Shown here piece after piece: positions 7,768 through 17,407 of a stretch of 27,695 bases of DNA (the stretch's first letter is position 1; every line of letters starts with the position of its first letter). The position numbers and the translations under genes were made by a program. Below the pieces are notes generated by a model, which saw nothing but the letters and a program-made list of their open reading frames with translations, ran no database searches and had not been told where the DNA came from. The stretch comes from a virus (lineage: Duplodnaviria; Caudoviricetes): positions 1-27,695 of IMG/VR virus record IMGVR_UViG_3300047560_000223, one strand, 5' to 3'.

Positions 7768-10206
7768 ATGTCACTTCCGATTAGTCCAACAAACGGCCAA
7801 ACAGCAGTACTGAATGGTGTAACCTATTCGTATAATTCTACTTCAAATTCTTGGACTAGAGTTTTGACTAGTGGGTTAACTGCTGGTAATATATTAATTA
7901 CTGGCGCAAACGTTTCGTCTAGTACAACAACTGGTGCGTTAGTTGTTACTGGCGGCGCAGGCATCGGTGGTACATTGTATGCGGGCGGCATTGTTGCTAG
8001 TGGTGTTGACTTAGTTGCAAATGCTGCGACTCAAGACAGTAAAATTACAGGTGCTAATGCAGCAATTGTAACAGCTAACACAGCAATGAAGTTATATTCG
8101 GATGCACAAGATGCATTGATTACTTCTGCCTGGACTGCTAATGCACAAGCGGTACAAAGTCAATTAACTGGCGCAAACGCAGCAATTGTAACAGCCAATA
8201 CAGCACTTAAGTCTTATGTTGACACGCAAGACTCTGCTATAACAACAGCTTGGCAAGCAAACGCAGCAACGCAAGACAGTAAAATTACAGGTGCTAATGC
8301 AGCAATTGTAACAGCTAACACCGCACTGAAGTCCTACGTTGATACGCAAGACTCTGCTATTACTTCTGCGTGGACTGCTAATGCTGCAACACAGCAAGGA
8401 CAAATTACTACACTGCAAGGGCAAGTGTATACCAATTCTAATGTAGCTGCATATTTGCCCACTTATACAGGAAATGTATCTGCAGGCAATGTTAACGTAA
8501 CAGCAAACATTTATGCCACTGGGAATATCTTTAGTGCTGGCTCGAGAATTTTAACAGCGGCAGATTTACAAACAATTACGTATGTAGCAGACTACATTAC
8601 TATGGACCCAACATCGGTATCGGGTCTTACAACAATTGCTGGTACAAGTACGTCTTATGGTACGTACAATTTTGGTAACGTTACAAGTATCCAAACATAC
8701 GGCGACTACGACACAGTTGCTAACACAGGATTTTACAGTGTTAATGATGCAACCGGTGCACCGGGTCACGTTGAATATATTGGCTTCTCTAACGTAGCAG
8801 GTTTTAATCGTTTAAATTATAACATTAACTATACAGCATCATCTGGCCACACTATTGACTTTGATTTGTACAATTATCAATATGGTGGGTGGGACACATT
8901 TGCAACTACATCTGGTTCTGGTAGCTGGCAGTCGTTTAGCATTGGTATTATTGATGACGCTCCATATATCGGAACTGGCGCAAACGTTGGTAAGGTAACT
9001 ACACGTTTATATCACCTAAGCTCGGGCAACGTACAACACAGAACATGGATTGACTATGTTGGTCTGGACCAATCAGTTACAGGTGGACAAGGTCCACGCG
9101 GGGTTACAGGTGCAACAGGCGCAACGGGTGCTCAAGGTCCTGCATGGGCTGGTGGATATGTTGCAAACGTAACTACATTTGGTTCTAACTTAGTAGCAAA
9201 CAGCGCAACCGCAAGCACAAATACATCAACTGGTGCGTTGGTTGTAATTGGTGGCGCAGGCATTTCGGGAACAATTTACTCTGGTGGCATTGTTGCTAAT
9301 GGCATAGACCTAGTTGCTAATGCCGCAGCTATTCAAGGACAGTTAACTGGTGCAAACGCAGCAATTGTAACAGCTAACACAGCAATGAAGTCTTACTCTG
9401 ATGCACAAGATGCACTGATTACTTCTGCATGGACTGCTAATGCTGCAACTACTCAAAGTCAATTAGCAGGAGCAAATGCTGCTATTATTACTGCTAACAC
9501 AGCAATGAAGGGCTATGTTGATACGCAGTTTACAAATATAGTAGGCGGCGCACCAGCTGCACTTGACACTCTATACGAAATTGCAAACAGCTTAGGTAAC
9601 AACGCAAGTTTAAGCGCAACTCTAATTAACTCTATTAGTGGCGCAAACGCGGCTATTGTAACAGCTAACACATCATTAAAGAGTTATGTCGACGATCGTG
9701 ATACAGCAGTTACAGCAGCGTGGACTGCAAATGCAGCTACTCAGCAAGGGTTAATAGCTACACTGCAAACGCAAGTATATTCGAATACCAACGTTGCAGC
9801 CTACATCCCAACATATACTGGTGCAATTACATCACTAAGCATATCGTCAGCATCTACTAGCACTAGCACAAGCACTGGCGCATTGGTGGTAGCAGGTGGT
9901 GCAGGCATTGCTGGTAACGTATATGCAGGTACAGTTTACACAACAGGTCTGCGCTGGTCCGGTAACGGCAATGTTATGCAAACCGGGGGCGGCGGCAAGT
10001 ATACCGTTGCTACTACAGCGCCTAGTTCACCGGCTATTGGTGACACATGGTACAACTCAACCTCAGATGTGGTATATGAATATCGTGATGTTGGTACTGG
10101 AACATTTTGGATTGACGTAAGTGGTGCAACAATGGTATCAACTAATGCAGCAGTTGCGAGTTCGGCAGTAGATTCGATAAGCCCGTTCTTATTAATGGGC
10201 GCATAA
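7768..10206 (+). CDS. Fibre protein with 40-aa coiled-coil repeats and short collagen segment
   Basis: 812 aa. Contains repeated TGANAAIVTANTA(M/L)KSY(V/S)D.QD..ITSAWTANA, a G-X-Y run (GGQGPRGVTGATGATGAQGP) and the tail-fibre motif GAPAALDTLYEIANSLGNN. Confidence 0.75.
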   Translation: MSLPISPTNGQTAVLNGVTYSYNSTSNSWTRVLTSGLTAGNILITGANVSSSTTTGALVVTGGAGIGGTLYAGGIVASGVDLVANAATQDSKITGANAAIVTANTAMKLYSDAQDALITSAWTANAQAVQSQLTGANAAIVTANTALKSYVDTQDSAITTAWQANAATQDSKITGANAAIVTANTALKSYVDTQDSAITSAWTANAATQQGQITTLQGQVYTNSNVAAYLPTYTGNVSAGNVNVTANIYATGNIFSAGSRILTAADLQTITYVADYITMDPTSVSGLTTIAGTSTSYGTYNFGNVTSIQTYGDYDTVANTGFYSVNDATGAPGHVEYIGFSNVAGFNRLNYNINYTASSGHTIDFDLYNYQYGGWDTFATTSGSGSWQSFSIGIIDDAPYIGTGANVGKVTTRLYHLSSGNVQHRTWIDYVGLDQSVTGGQGPRGVTGATGATGAQGPAWAGGYVANVTTFGSNLVANSATASTNTSTGALVVIGGAGISGTIYSGGIVANGIDLVANAAAIQGQLTGANAAIVTANTAMKSYSDAQDALITSAWTANAATTQSQLAGANAAIITANTAMKGYVDTQFTNIVGGAPAALDTLYEIANSLGNNASLSATLINSISGANAAIVTANTSLKSYVDDRDTAVTAAWTANAATQQGLIATLQTQVYSNTNVAAYIPTYTGAITSLSISSASTSTSTSTGALVVAGGAGIAGNVYAGTVYTTGLRWSGNGNVMQTGGGGKYTVATTAPSSPAIGDTWYNSTSDVVYEYRDVGTGTFWIDVSGATMVSTNAAVASSAVDSISPFLLMGA
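8017..8395 (+). repeat. Tandem 120-nt (40-aa) coding repeat, three copies
   Basis: Includes an exact 50-nt duplicate at 8032-8081 and 8272-8321, 240 nt apart. Further copies lie at about 9316-9530, about 9640-9745 and in the upstream gene at about 3020-3180. Confidence 0.9.
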
Positions 10207-10215
10207 GGAAAGATT

Positions 10216-10545
10216 ATGACAGTAGTTTATAAAGTATTAGGGCAAGTAAATCCATCAGCAAACACAGTGTCAACATTGTATACGGTGCCAGCAGCAAACA
10301 GTGCAATTATTAGTACCGTTTCGATTTGCAATCAAGCAGCTACAGCGACTACATTTAGGTTGGCAGTTAGTCCGGCTGGTGCAAGTATCGCAGCGCAGCA
10401 TTATTTAAACTATGACACCCCGCTACCGGGCAACGATTCTATTACAGTTACAATTGGTATGACATTAGCAGCAACTGACGTTGTTAGAGTCTATGCAGGT
10501 TCAACAACTGTTAGTTTTAACGCATTTGGAAACGAGATCTACTAA
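10216..10545 (+). CDS. Small virion structural protein (hypothetical)
   Basis: 109 aa with SD-like AAGGA upstream. The YKVLGQ..P...TLYTVPA...CNQ...SFNAFG.E pattern is one I recognise from small genes in phage fibre clusters. Its stop overlaps the next start (TAATG). Confidence 0.7.
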   Translation: MTVVYKVLGQVNPSANTVSTLYTVPAANSAIISTVSICNQAATATTFRLAVSPAGASIAAQHYLNYDTPLPGNDSITVTIGMTLAATDVVRVYAGSTTVSFNAFGNEIY

Positions 10546-13500
10546 TGGGATACAAATCTGCAAGCACACGTAGAACTAGTGCTGCAAGCGCAGTGTCTAG
10601 TCAGGCAGTAGTAGTTAATACTGGTACGGGGTTTTCTGCGGTAGGAAGTACTATTGCAGCAAACACTTCCATTAGCCTGGGAGTAACAACCGTCGGACAA
10701 ACTAGCGCAGCAACGACTACAACAATTGCTAGTGGTCCAGTAATTGGTAATATCCAATATTTAGATACAAACAATGCTGTGGTAGTTGGCGAAGTTGCGG
10801 TTAGTACCGCAGGCGGCAATATCTTAATTAACGGCACTGGGTTCGTTGCTAACAGTAGCATCTACATAAACAACACATTAGCGTCTAACACATTTATCAG
10901 CAGCACACAAATTCGTGCAGTCTGCCCAGCTGCTAGTGCTGGCAACGTAACATTGATGATTTTTACGCCAACTAACGTTGGTACCATTTCTACAAACGGT
11001 GTTCGCTATTCTGGAGCACCAAGTTGGACTACAGCAGCAGTGAGTTTCCAGAACGGAGCATCTGCAAACGTGGCACTAGTTGCAAGTAGTGACAGTACAT
11101 TAACATATACGCTACAAGCCGGAAGTACTCTGCCTACTGGCATTAGTTTAGTTAGTGTAGGATACTTGTCAGGAACCGCAACTGGGTACTCAAATAATAC
11201 AAGTAGCACGGTAGTTATTGTTGCAACTGACGCAGAAGGTCAGGCTACGCAACAGACTATAAACATTACCGTTACAGTTTTTGACCCACAGTTTCCATAC
11301 ACTACATTATTGTTAAACGGCGAAACAAGCGTAACACCGTTTATTGCAGATGCTAGTACCAACAACTTTGGATTGACTATTGCAGGCGACACAAAGGCTA
11401 CTAAGTTTAGTCCTTATCGCGGTGATGGTTATTACAGTGTTTATAATTCTACAGCAAGCTCGTATCTAGGATTTAGCCAACCTGCGTTGGGAAATACATT
11501 CACTATTGAAATGTGGGTATATCCATTGGCAGCAGGCAATAATACTTACTATTATGTAGGCGGTAGTGGATCTGGCCCATTGATTGGATACAATGCTACA
11601 ACTTTTAGTGTAGCCCACCAAGGCGGATGGTCGGTAGCAAGCAGTGTTAACCCAACGTTAAACTCTTGGAATCATATTGCTTTAGTTCGTGAAGGGACTG
11701 GAGCAAGTCAGTTTAAACTTTATCTAAACGGAACATTAACCGGAACCGGAACTGATGCAACTACATTTGGGGTACAGACAACTGGTGCCATCGGCGGCAC
11801 TGGTGGTACCTCCCAAGTTTCTTATATTTCAAACTTTAGAATAGTCAACAATCAAGTATTATATACCGGTAACTTTACACCGTCAACTACTCCATTAACA
11901 TCGAGCACAGTTGGTGCAAGTGGTGCTAACGTTGCTGCAAGTATAACTGGTACAACAGTAATGATGGCTGCACAAAGTGCAACCTTTGTAGATAAATCAG
12001 CAAGTCCGATAACATTGACCCCGTCGGGAACTCCGATGGTATCGCCAGCAATACCATTTGCAGCCAACAGTAGTTACGCTACTTACGGTAGTGCATACTT
12101 TGATGGAGTTGGTGATTATTTAACGGTAACTGAACCGGGATCAGCGTCTGCCGGTACAGATGTGACTGTTGAATGTTGGGTATATCCAACAAACATTACT
12201 GCGAGAAACTTTTTAGTTAGTGCCAACACAGTGTCTGGTGCCGGCGACTGGGCAATATCAATTGAAACCACTGGCGCAGTGGGCATTTGGATAGATTCAT
12301 ATTCTGCTGCCAGAATTACTACATCAACTACACTGGCATTGAACCAATGGCACCATCTTGCACTGGTAAAATCGTCTGGCACAGTATATGCTTACGTCAA
12401 TGGTGTAAGAGACGCCAGTACGTATGTACACGCAGCCGCATTTGGTGGAAGTTCCAGTATAGCTATTGGGGCATATAACGTAACTAAAGGATCATTGACA
12501 TTTGGTTATCTCGGTGATGTTAGATATGTTAGAGGTACTGCAATATACACAGGAGCAACTGTGTCGGTGCCTACTGCACCACTATTGGCTGTGGCAAATA
12601 CACAGTTACTAACTTGCCAATACAACGGTGGGGCAAACAACTACGGTATTATTGATAACAGCCAGTTTAACAACGTACTAACTCGTAACGGCAATGCAAC
12701 ACAAGGATCATTTAGTCCTTATAGTCCCACAGGCTGGAGTAATTACTTTGTTACTAGCGGTAACTATATATCTACTCCTGCAACTCACACTGCATTTGCA
12801 GCATCGACTCAGGATTTTACAATAGAATGTTGGATATACTTAACAGCAGCACCAGGAACGCACTCTATGGTATGTGGTTGGGGAAATGCCAACTTTGACT
12901 ATCTCGAGGTAACTAACTCTGGTTTTGACACCAACATGAACAACACTTATACTGTTGGTGCTAGTTTTTCCTGGACATTGGGCACATGGTATCACATAGC
13001 GGTATCAAGAATTAGTAACGTAAATTATTGTTTTATCAACGGCAATTTAATTGGATCCGGCATCACTAACTCACAGAGTTTTGGATCGGGCACAACAGCA
13101 TTGCGAATAGGCGATTGGGTAACTACGCCACGATATCCGTTCCCAGGGTACATCAGCAACTTTAGATTCATTGCTGGCACTGGATTATATAATGCATCGT
13201 TCACCCCGAGCACTACCCCGTTAACTGCGGTAGCAAACACAAAGTTGCTAACATGTCAGAGCAACAGATTTGTTGATAACTCAAGTAACAACTATGCTAT
13301 AACAGTAACAGGAACTCCGCCGGTCCAAGCATTTAGTCCATTCTCGCCGAGCGTGGCATACACCCCAAGTTTACACGGCGGCAGTGCTTACTTTGATGGT
13401 ACTGGTGATTATTTGTCAACTGCTTCTTCAACTGCTTACGCATTGGGTACTAGTGACTTTACAATTGAGTTGTGGTATAACACTACTGCAAAAACTAACC

Positions 13501-14534
13501 TTTACCCTGTTATCATATCTAATGGTAACTTAGGCGCAAACAAATGGCAACTCGATGATCGCCACAACACCAACCAAAACACTAAATTGATTTTTGGTGT
13601 ATATAATGCACAAACTGCACCAGCTTGGTTAATTAGCACGAGTGTTATTACAAACGGACAATGGTATCACGTTGCGATTGTGCGTAGCGGCAGTACTTTT
13701 ACATTGTACTTAAACGGGGTCGCAGAATCAACACAAACGTATGCCGGCTCAGTTGATGGCGGAGCAGCGCAGACTATTTACGTTGGTCAAGATGCCGGCC
13801 AAGCTGGTACTAACTATAACGGTAGTGTAGCAGATGTTCGTATTTTGAAATATGCTGCATATAGTGGCGCATTCACTCCACCAACAGCACCACTGACAAG
13901 CCCCGTTACTACCCCTGCTCAATTGTTATTAAACTTTACCAACGGCGGCATTATTGATTCACACGGTAGCAACACATTTGAAACAGTTAGTGGAGCACAA
14001 GTAGGAACATCAGTTAAGAAGTATGGTGCTGCCAGTATATATTTTCCAGGAGCATCAAGTAACTCACTTCAATTCCTATCTACTAGCCAGGCTATTGCAT
14101 TTGGTACTGGCGACTTCACTGTTGAATGTTGGGTAAACTTTGCAACCAACAACGGCACATACAATCCGTTTGTGCGTTATGACAGTAGCGGTACATTTGA
14201 CTTTGGTTATGACTTTTCAACAACTCAATTAAAATACTCTGGCTCTGCTGCTATTCTTGCAGTGACACAAACGTTTACGGTGGGGACTTGGTATCATGTT
14301 GCAGTAACCAGAGCCAGCGGCAGCAGTAGATTGTTTGTCAACGGAACCCAAGTTGGCACTACAGCCACAGGCGATACTAACAACTATGCAGCTGGTGCCT
14401 TTAAAGTTGGCGGTAGTTCTTATAGTACTGGCCACGTTATGAGTGGATACATTGACGATTTGCGGGTTACTAAGGGGTTTGCACGTTACACAGCAAACTT
14501 CACCGCTCCGACTACTGGTTTGTTGGGACAATAA
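10545..14534 (+). CDS. Multi-LamG (concanavalin A-like lectin) virion protein with N-terminal Ig-like domains
   Basis: 1329 aa with five (D)FT(I/V)E.W...W.H(I/V/L)A...L(Y/F).NG...I.(N/D).R units (about 11500, 12160, 12815, 13455, 14112). The N-terminus has IPT/TIG-like (GG..I.INGTGF) and He_PIG-like (TLPTGISL..G.LSGT) segments. Confidence 0.85.
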   Translation: MGYKSASTRRTSAASAVSSQAVVVNTGTGFSAVGSTIAANTSISLGVTTVGQTSAATTTTIASGPVIGNIQYLDTNNAVVVGEVAVSTAGGNILINGTGFVANSSIYINNTLASNTFISSTQIRAVCPAASAGNVTLMIFTPTNVGTISTNGVRYSGAPSWTTAAVSFQNGASANVALVASSDSTLTYTLQAGSTLPTGISLVSVGYLSGTATGYSNNTSSTVVIVATDAEGQATQQTINITVTVFDPQFPYTTLLLNGETSVTPFIADASTNNFGLTIAGDTKATKFSPYRGDGYYSVYNSTASSYLGFSQPALGNTFTIEMWVYPLAAGNNTYYYVGGSGSGPLIGYNATTFSVAHQGGWSVASSVNPTLNSWNHIALVREGTGASQFKLYLNGTLTGTGTDATTFGVQTTGAIGGTGGTSQVSYISNFRIVNNQVLYTGNFTPSTTPLTSSTVGASGANVAASITGTTVMMAAQSATFVDKSASPITLTPSGTPMVSPAIPFAANSSYATYGSAYFDGVGDYLTVTEPGSASAGTDVTVECWVYPTNITARNFLVSANTVSGAGDWAISIETTGAVGIWIDSYSAARITTSTTLALNQWHHLALVKSSGTVYAYVNGVRDASTYVHAAAFGGSSSIAIGAYNVTKGSLTFGYLGDVRYVRGTAIYTGATVSVPTAPLLAVANTQLLTCQYNGGANNYGIIDNSQFNNVLTRNGNATQGSFSPYSPTGWSNYFVTSGNYISTPATHTAFAASTQDFTIECWIYLTAAPGTHSMVCGWGNANFDYLEVTNSGFDTNMNNTYTVGASFSWTLGTWYHIAVSRISNVNYCFINGNLIGSGITNSQSFGSGTTALRIGDWVTTPRYPFPGYISNFRFIAGTGLYNASFTPSTTPLTAVANTKLLTCQSNRFVDNSSNNYAITVTGTPPVQAFSPFSPSVAYTPSLHGGSAYFDGTGDYLSTASSTAYALGTSDFTIELWYNTTAKTNLYPVIISNGNLGANKWQLDDRHNTNQNTKLIFGVYNAQTAPAWLISTSVITNGQWYHVAIVRSGSTFTLYLNGVAESTQTYAGSVDGGAAQTIYVGQDAGQAGTNYNGSVADVRILKYAAYSGAFTPPTAPLTSPVTTPAQLLLNFTNGGIIDSHGSNTFETVSGAQVGTSVKKYGAASIYFPGASSNSLQFLSTSQAIAFGTGDFTVECWVNFATNNGTYNPFVRYDSSGTFDFGYDFSTTQLKYSGSAAILAVTQTFTVGTWYHVAVTRASGSSRLFVNGTQVGTTATGDTNNYAAGAFKVGGSSYSTGHVMSGYIDDLRVTKGFARYTANFTAPTTGLLGQ

Positions 14535-14537
14535 ATA
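14531..14537 (+). promoter_or_regulatory. Putative late promoter (ATAAATA)
   Basis: 7/8 match to TATAAATA, 17 nt before the ATG at 14555. It overlaps the upstream stop codon. Confidence 0.45.
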
Positions 14538-14554
14538 TACTAAAGGCTTAAGTT

Positions 14555-15994
14555 ATGTCATTTCCGGGTAGTCCAAGTAACGGTCAAATTGCAACAGTAA
14601 ACAACATTACGTATGTTTATTCGTCTGCGTCTAATACATGGACAAAGTCAGCAACTGGGCAAGTTACAATTGGCAATACTAATACAAGCACAAGTATAAC
14701 GACTGGTGCGTTAATTGTTGCTGGTGGTGCAGGTATTGCAGGCAACGTTTTTGCTGGTTCTATTTACACAGATAATTTAAAGTTTGCAAACGGTAACCCG
14801 TATACATCTACAACAATTGCAAATACCACAGATATTACTGCTAATGCAAGTAGTGGCACTAACGTTGGGTTAAGTTTAACTACTACTGGTGTAACAGCAA
14901 ATACATACGGTAGTTCTACATCTGTTCCGGTAATTACAGTTGATGCAAAAGGTCGCATTACTGGGGTAACAACATCATCAATTTCGGGATCTTTAACATT
15001 TACTGGCGACGTAACTGGTACTGGTTCTACTGGGTCATCTACTGCACTAACACTTGCTAACTCTGGCGTTACTGCTGGTAATTATGGCAATGCTGCAAGT
15101 ATTCCTACTATTGTAGTTGATAGCAAAGGCCGCATTACAAGCATTACATCTAATGCAGTAAGCACTACTATTTCGTTAGCTGGAACTAGCGGATCTGGTA
15201 CCGTTTCTGGCGGTGGTACATTAACATTTGCAAGTACAAACGGTGTAACAATTGCAGTTGGTAGTTCTTATGCTAACATTAGTACTCCACAGGATATTAG
15301 AACATCAGCAAGTCCGACATTTGCTGGCGGCTCATTTACTGGCAACGTAACTAGAAACTCAAAAGCAATAATTACCAATTATTCAGGTAACGTCGCCCCT
15401 GCATCGCCGATCCAGGGTGATGAATGGTTCCGTGGTAACACCGGCACTATTTACAAGTACATTTATGATAACGTAAGTAGTACATATAACTGGGTTAACT
15501 ATAGTTCTGCTTTATACAATGCTAACACAGCCGCAGTAGCTAACACACTGGCATTACGTGACAGCGGCGGTAATTTAATAGCAACAAACTTCTTAGGTAC
15601 AGCATCTAGTGCAAAATACGCCGACTTGGCAGAGATTTATACAACAGATAAAAATTATGAACCGGGCACAGTTGTTGTGTTTGGGGGAACCGAAGAAATT
15701 ACAGCTACAAAAATCACACACGATACTAGAGTTGCTGGTGTAATTTCCACCAATCCTGCTTATTTGATGAATAGTGAAGCTACAGGTTTACCAGTTGCGT
15801 TTACTGGGCGTGTGCCTTGTAAGGTACGTGGTCCAGTTACAAAGGGCGATGTACTAGTAACAAGTGCATACCCAGAGTACGCAGAACGAATGACAGAGGT
15901 ATTATATCGTCCAGGTTGTATACTTGGTAAATCGTTGGGTGATGTTGCAGAAAATGTATTTGCCACCGTTGAAGTGGTAGTGGGGAGATTTTAA
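14555..15994 (+). CDS. Tail fibre-like protein with C-terminal Peptidase_G2-type chaperone
   Basis: 479 aa with two YG....(V/I)P.I.VD.KGRIT repeats. The C-terminal AKYADLAE...VAGVISTNPAYLMN...GRVPC...EVVVGRF is paralogous to the 686..2539 C-terminus. Confidence 0.75.
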   Translation: MSFPGSPSNGQIATVNNITYVYSSASNTWTKSATGQVTIGNTNTSTSITTGALIVAGGAGIAGNVFAGSIYTDNLKFANGNPYTSTTIANTTDITANASSGTNVGLSLTTTGVTANTYGSSTSVPVITVDAKGRITGVTTSSISGSLTFTGDVTGTGSTGSSTALTLANSGVTAGNYGNAASIPTIVVDSKGRITSITSNAVSTTISLAGTSGSGTVSGGGTLTFASTNGVTIAVGSSYANISTPQDIRTSASPTFAGGSFTGNVTRNSKAIITNYSGNVAPASPIQGDEWFRGNTGTIYKYIYDNVSSTYNWVNYSSALYNANTAAVANTLALRDSGGNLIATNFLGTASSAKYADLAEIYTTDKNYEPGTVVVFGGTEEITATKITHDTRVAGVISTNPAYLMNSEATGLPVAFTGRVPCKVRGPVTKGDVLVTSAYPEYAERMTEVLYRPGCILGKSLGDVAENVFATVEVVVGRF

Positions 15995-16746
15995 TGGCTT
16001 TTCCAACAAGTCCAACAAACGGTCAGACATACACAAATAATGGCATAACGTATGTCTATGATGCAGGCATGGGTGTGTGGGAAACACAAGGCACCACAGC
16101 TGGCGCTAGCCCTGTGTCGAGTGTTGCTGGTAGAACAGGTGTTGTTACACTAACTGCGGCCGACATTGCTGCTGGCACGTTTCCGGGTACAGTGACTGGC
16201 TCTACAATTAATGCAACAACACTAAACGTTACAACGATAACAGCGTTATCTAGTTCAATTACTATTACTAGTCCGACAACATTTTCGAGTACAATTACAT
16301 ACGGGTCGTCTGTTCAGATATCTAGTTTAGGTATTGGTACCGCAGCAAGTGGCACGGCTGGCGAAATTCGAGCTACTAACGCAATTACAGCATATTATTC
16401 AGACGGTCGTTTAAAAACAAACGTTAAACGAATTGAAAACGCATTATCTAAAGTTCGCAGACTGTCTGGCGTTTATTACACAGGCAATGACGTTGCTGGT
16501 AAGTATGGATATAACACTACGGAACAACAGGTAGGATTCATAACCCAAGAGTGGGAAAAAGAAATGCCCGAAATTGTTAAGCCAGCACCATTTGATATTG
16601 GCCAAAATGAAGACGGGTCTGAGTACAGCATAAGTGGTGAAAATTATAAAACTATGCAGTACGAACGTGCTTCTCCATTATTATTAGAAGCCATTAAAGA
16701 TTTAGCAGATGAGCTAGACGTAATCAAACACCATTTGGGTCTATAA
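15994..16746 (+). CDS. Short fibre protein with Peptidase_S74 (endosialidase-type) intramolecular chaperone
   Basis: SDGRLK (Ser-Lys dyad, from 16399) followed by ...NAL.KV..L.GV.Y...VGF..QE.....PE.V...Y.....LLLEAIKDL and a coiled-coil end. Also has a V.SVAGRTG.VTL fibre motif. Confidence 0.85.
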   Translation: MAFPTSPTNGQTYTNNGITYVYDAGMGVWETQGTTAGASPVSSVAGRTGVVTLTAADIAAGTFPGTVTGSTINATTLNVTTITALSSSITITSPTTFSSTITYGSSVQISSLGIGTAASGTAGEIRATNAITAYYSDGRLKTNVKRIENALSKVRRLSGVYYTGNDVAGKYGYNTTEQQVGFITQEWEKEMPEIVKPAPFDIGQNEDGSEYSISGENYKTMQYERASPLLLEAIKDLADELDVIKHHLGL

Positions 16747-17406
16747 ATGTCAATTAAGTTAAGTGACCGGACAATTACATTCGGGGATAACTCAGTAAAC
16801 TCTATTGGGGCATCTACATCTGACGGCGGCAAATTAATCTCAATAACATCATTTACGGCATCTGGCACTTACACAGTTCCGGCCAGAGCTACAAAACTTT
16901 ATGTAAAACTTGTGGGCGGTGGCGGAGGCTCTGCAGGATATTGCGAATCAGGTGGCGCCGGGGGATTCACCGAAGGCCCTGTATTTGGGGTAACAGGTGG
17001 CTCAACTGTTGCAGTAACCGTAGGTGGAGGTGGCGGAGGAGTTGGATACTACGCAGCAGCTGGCGGCGGAGGAACCACTAGCTTTGGTGGGTATATGTCA
17101 GCAACCGGTGGATACGGAGCGAATAGCGTTTATAGCCACACTGGCGGAATTGGTGGGGTTGGGACCGGCGGCGCCTTTGGTATTAATGGTGGCGGCGGCT
17201 CGGGTCACGCTGATGGCCATGGAAGCGGTGGTGTTGGCAAAGGTGGCACAAGTTATTTTGGTGGCCCGCACGGAGTTAGGCATTCTGGTGGTGAACAAAT
17301 TGGACCCGGGGCACCCGGTGCTGGCGCCAGTGGTGGTGTAACAAATGGTAGCACACCTGGAAGAACTGGTTCATCTGGACTAGTTATAGTTTACGCATAC
17401 ACATAA
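16747..17406 (+). CDS. Glycine-rich domain protein 1 (polyglycine-type putative adhesin)
   Basis: 219 aa with FTASGTYTVP...VKLVGGGGG...GGAGG...VTVGGGG...TSFG...ATGG.G...G..GLVIVY architecture. Confidence 0.75.
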   Translation: MSIKLSDRTITFGDNSVNSIGASTSDGGKLISITSFTASGTYTVPARATKLYVKLVGGGGGSAGYCESGGAGGFTEGPVFGVTGGSTVAVTVGGGGGGVGYYAAAGGGGTTSFGGYMSATGGYGANSVYSHTGGIGGVGTGGAFGINGGGGSGHADGHGSGGVGKGGTSYFGGPHGVRHSGGEQIGPGAPGAGASGGVTNGSTPGRTGSSGLVIVYAYT

Positions 17407-17407
17407 T

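Noticed and set aside
8017-8395. CRISPR-like appearance of regularly spaced repeats
   Set aside because: The repeats are in frame within a CDS, vary at synonymous sites and have no unique spacers or cas genes.
9082-9144. Collagen segment as the target of the 2OG oxygenase (prolyl hydroxylase)
   Set aside because: There are only about seven triplets, and the prolines are in the X rather than the usual Y position. Too weak to support the link.
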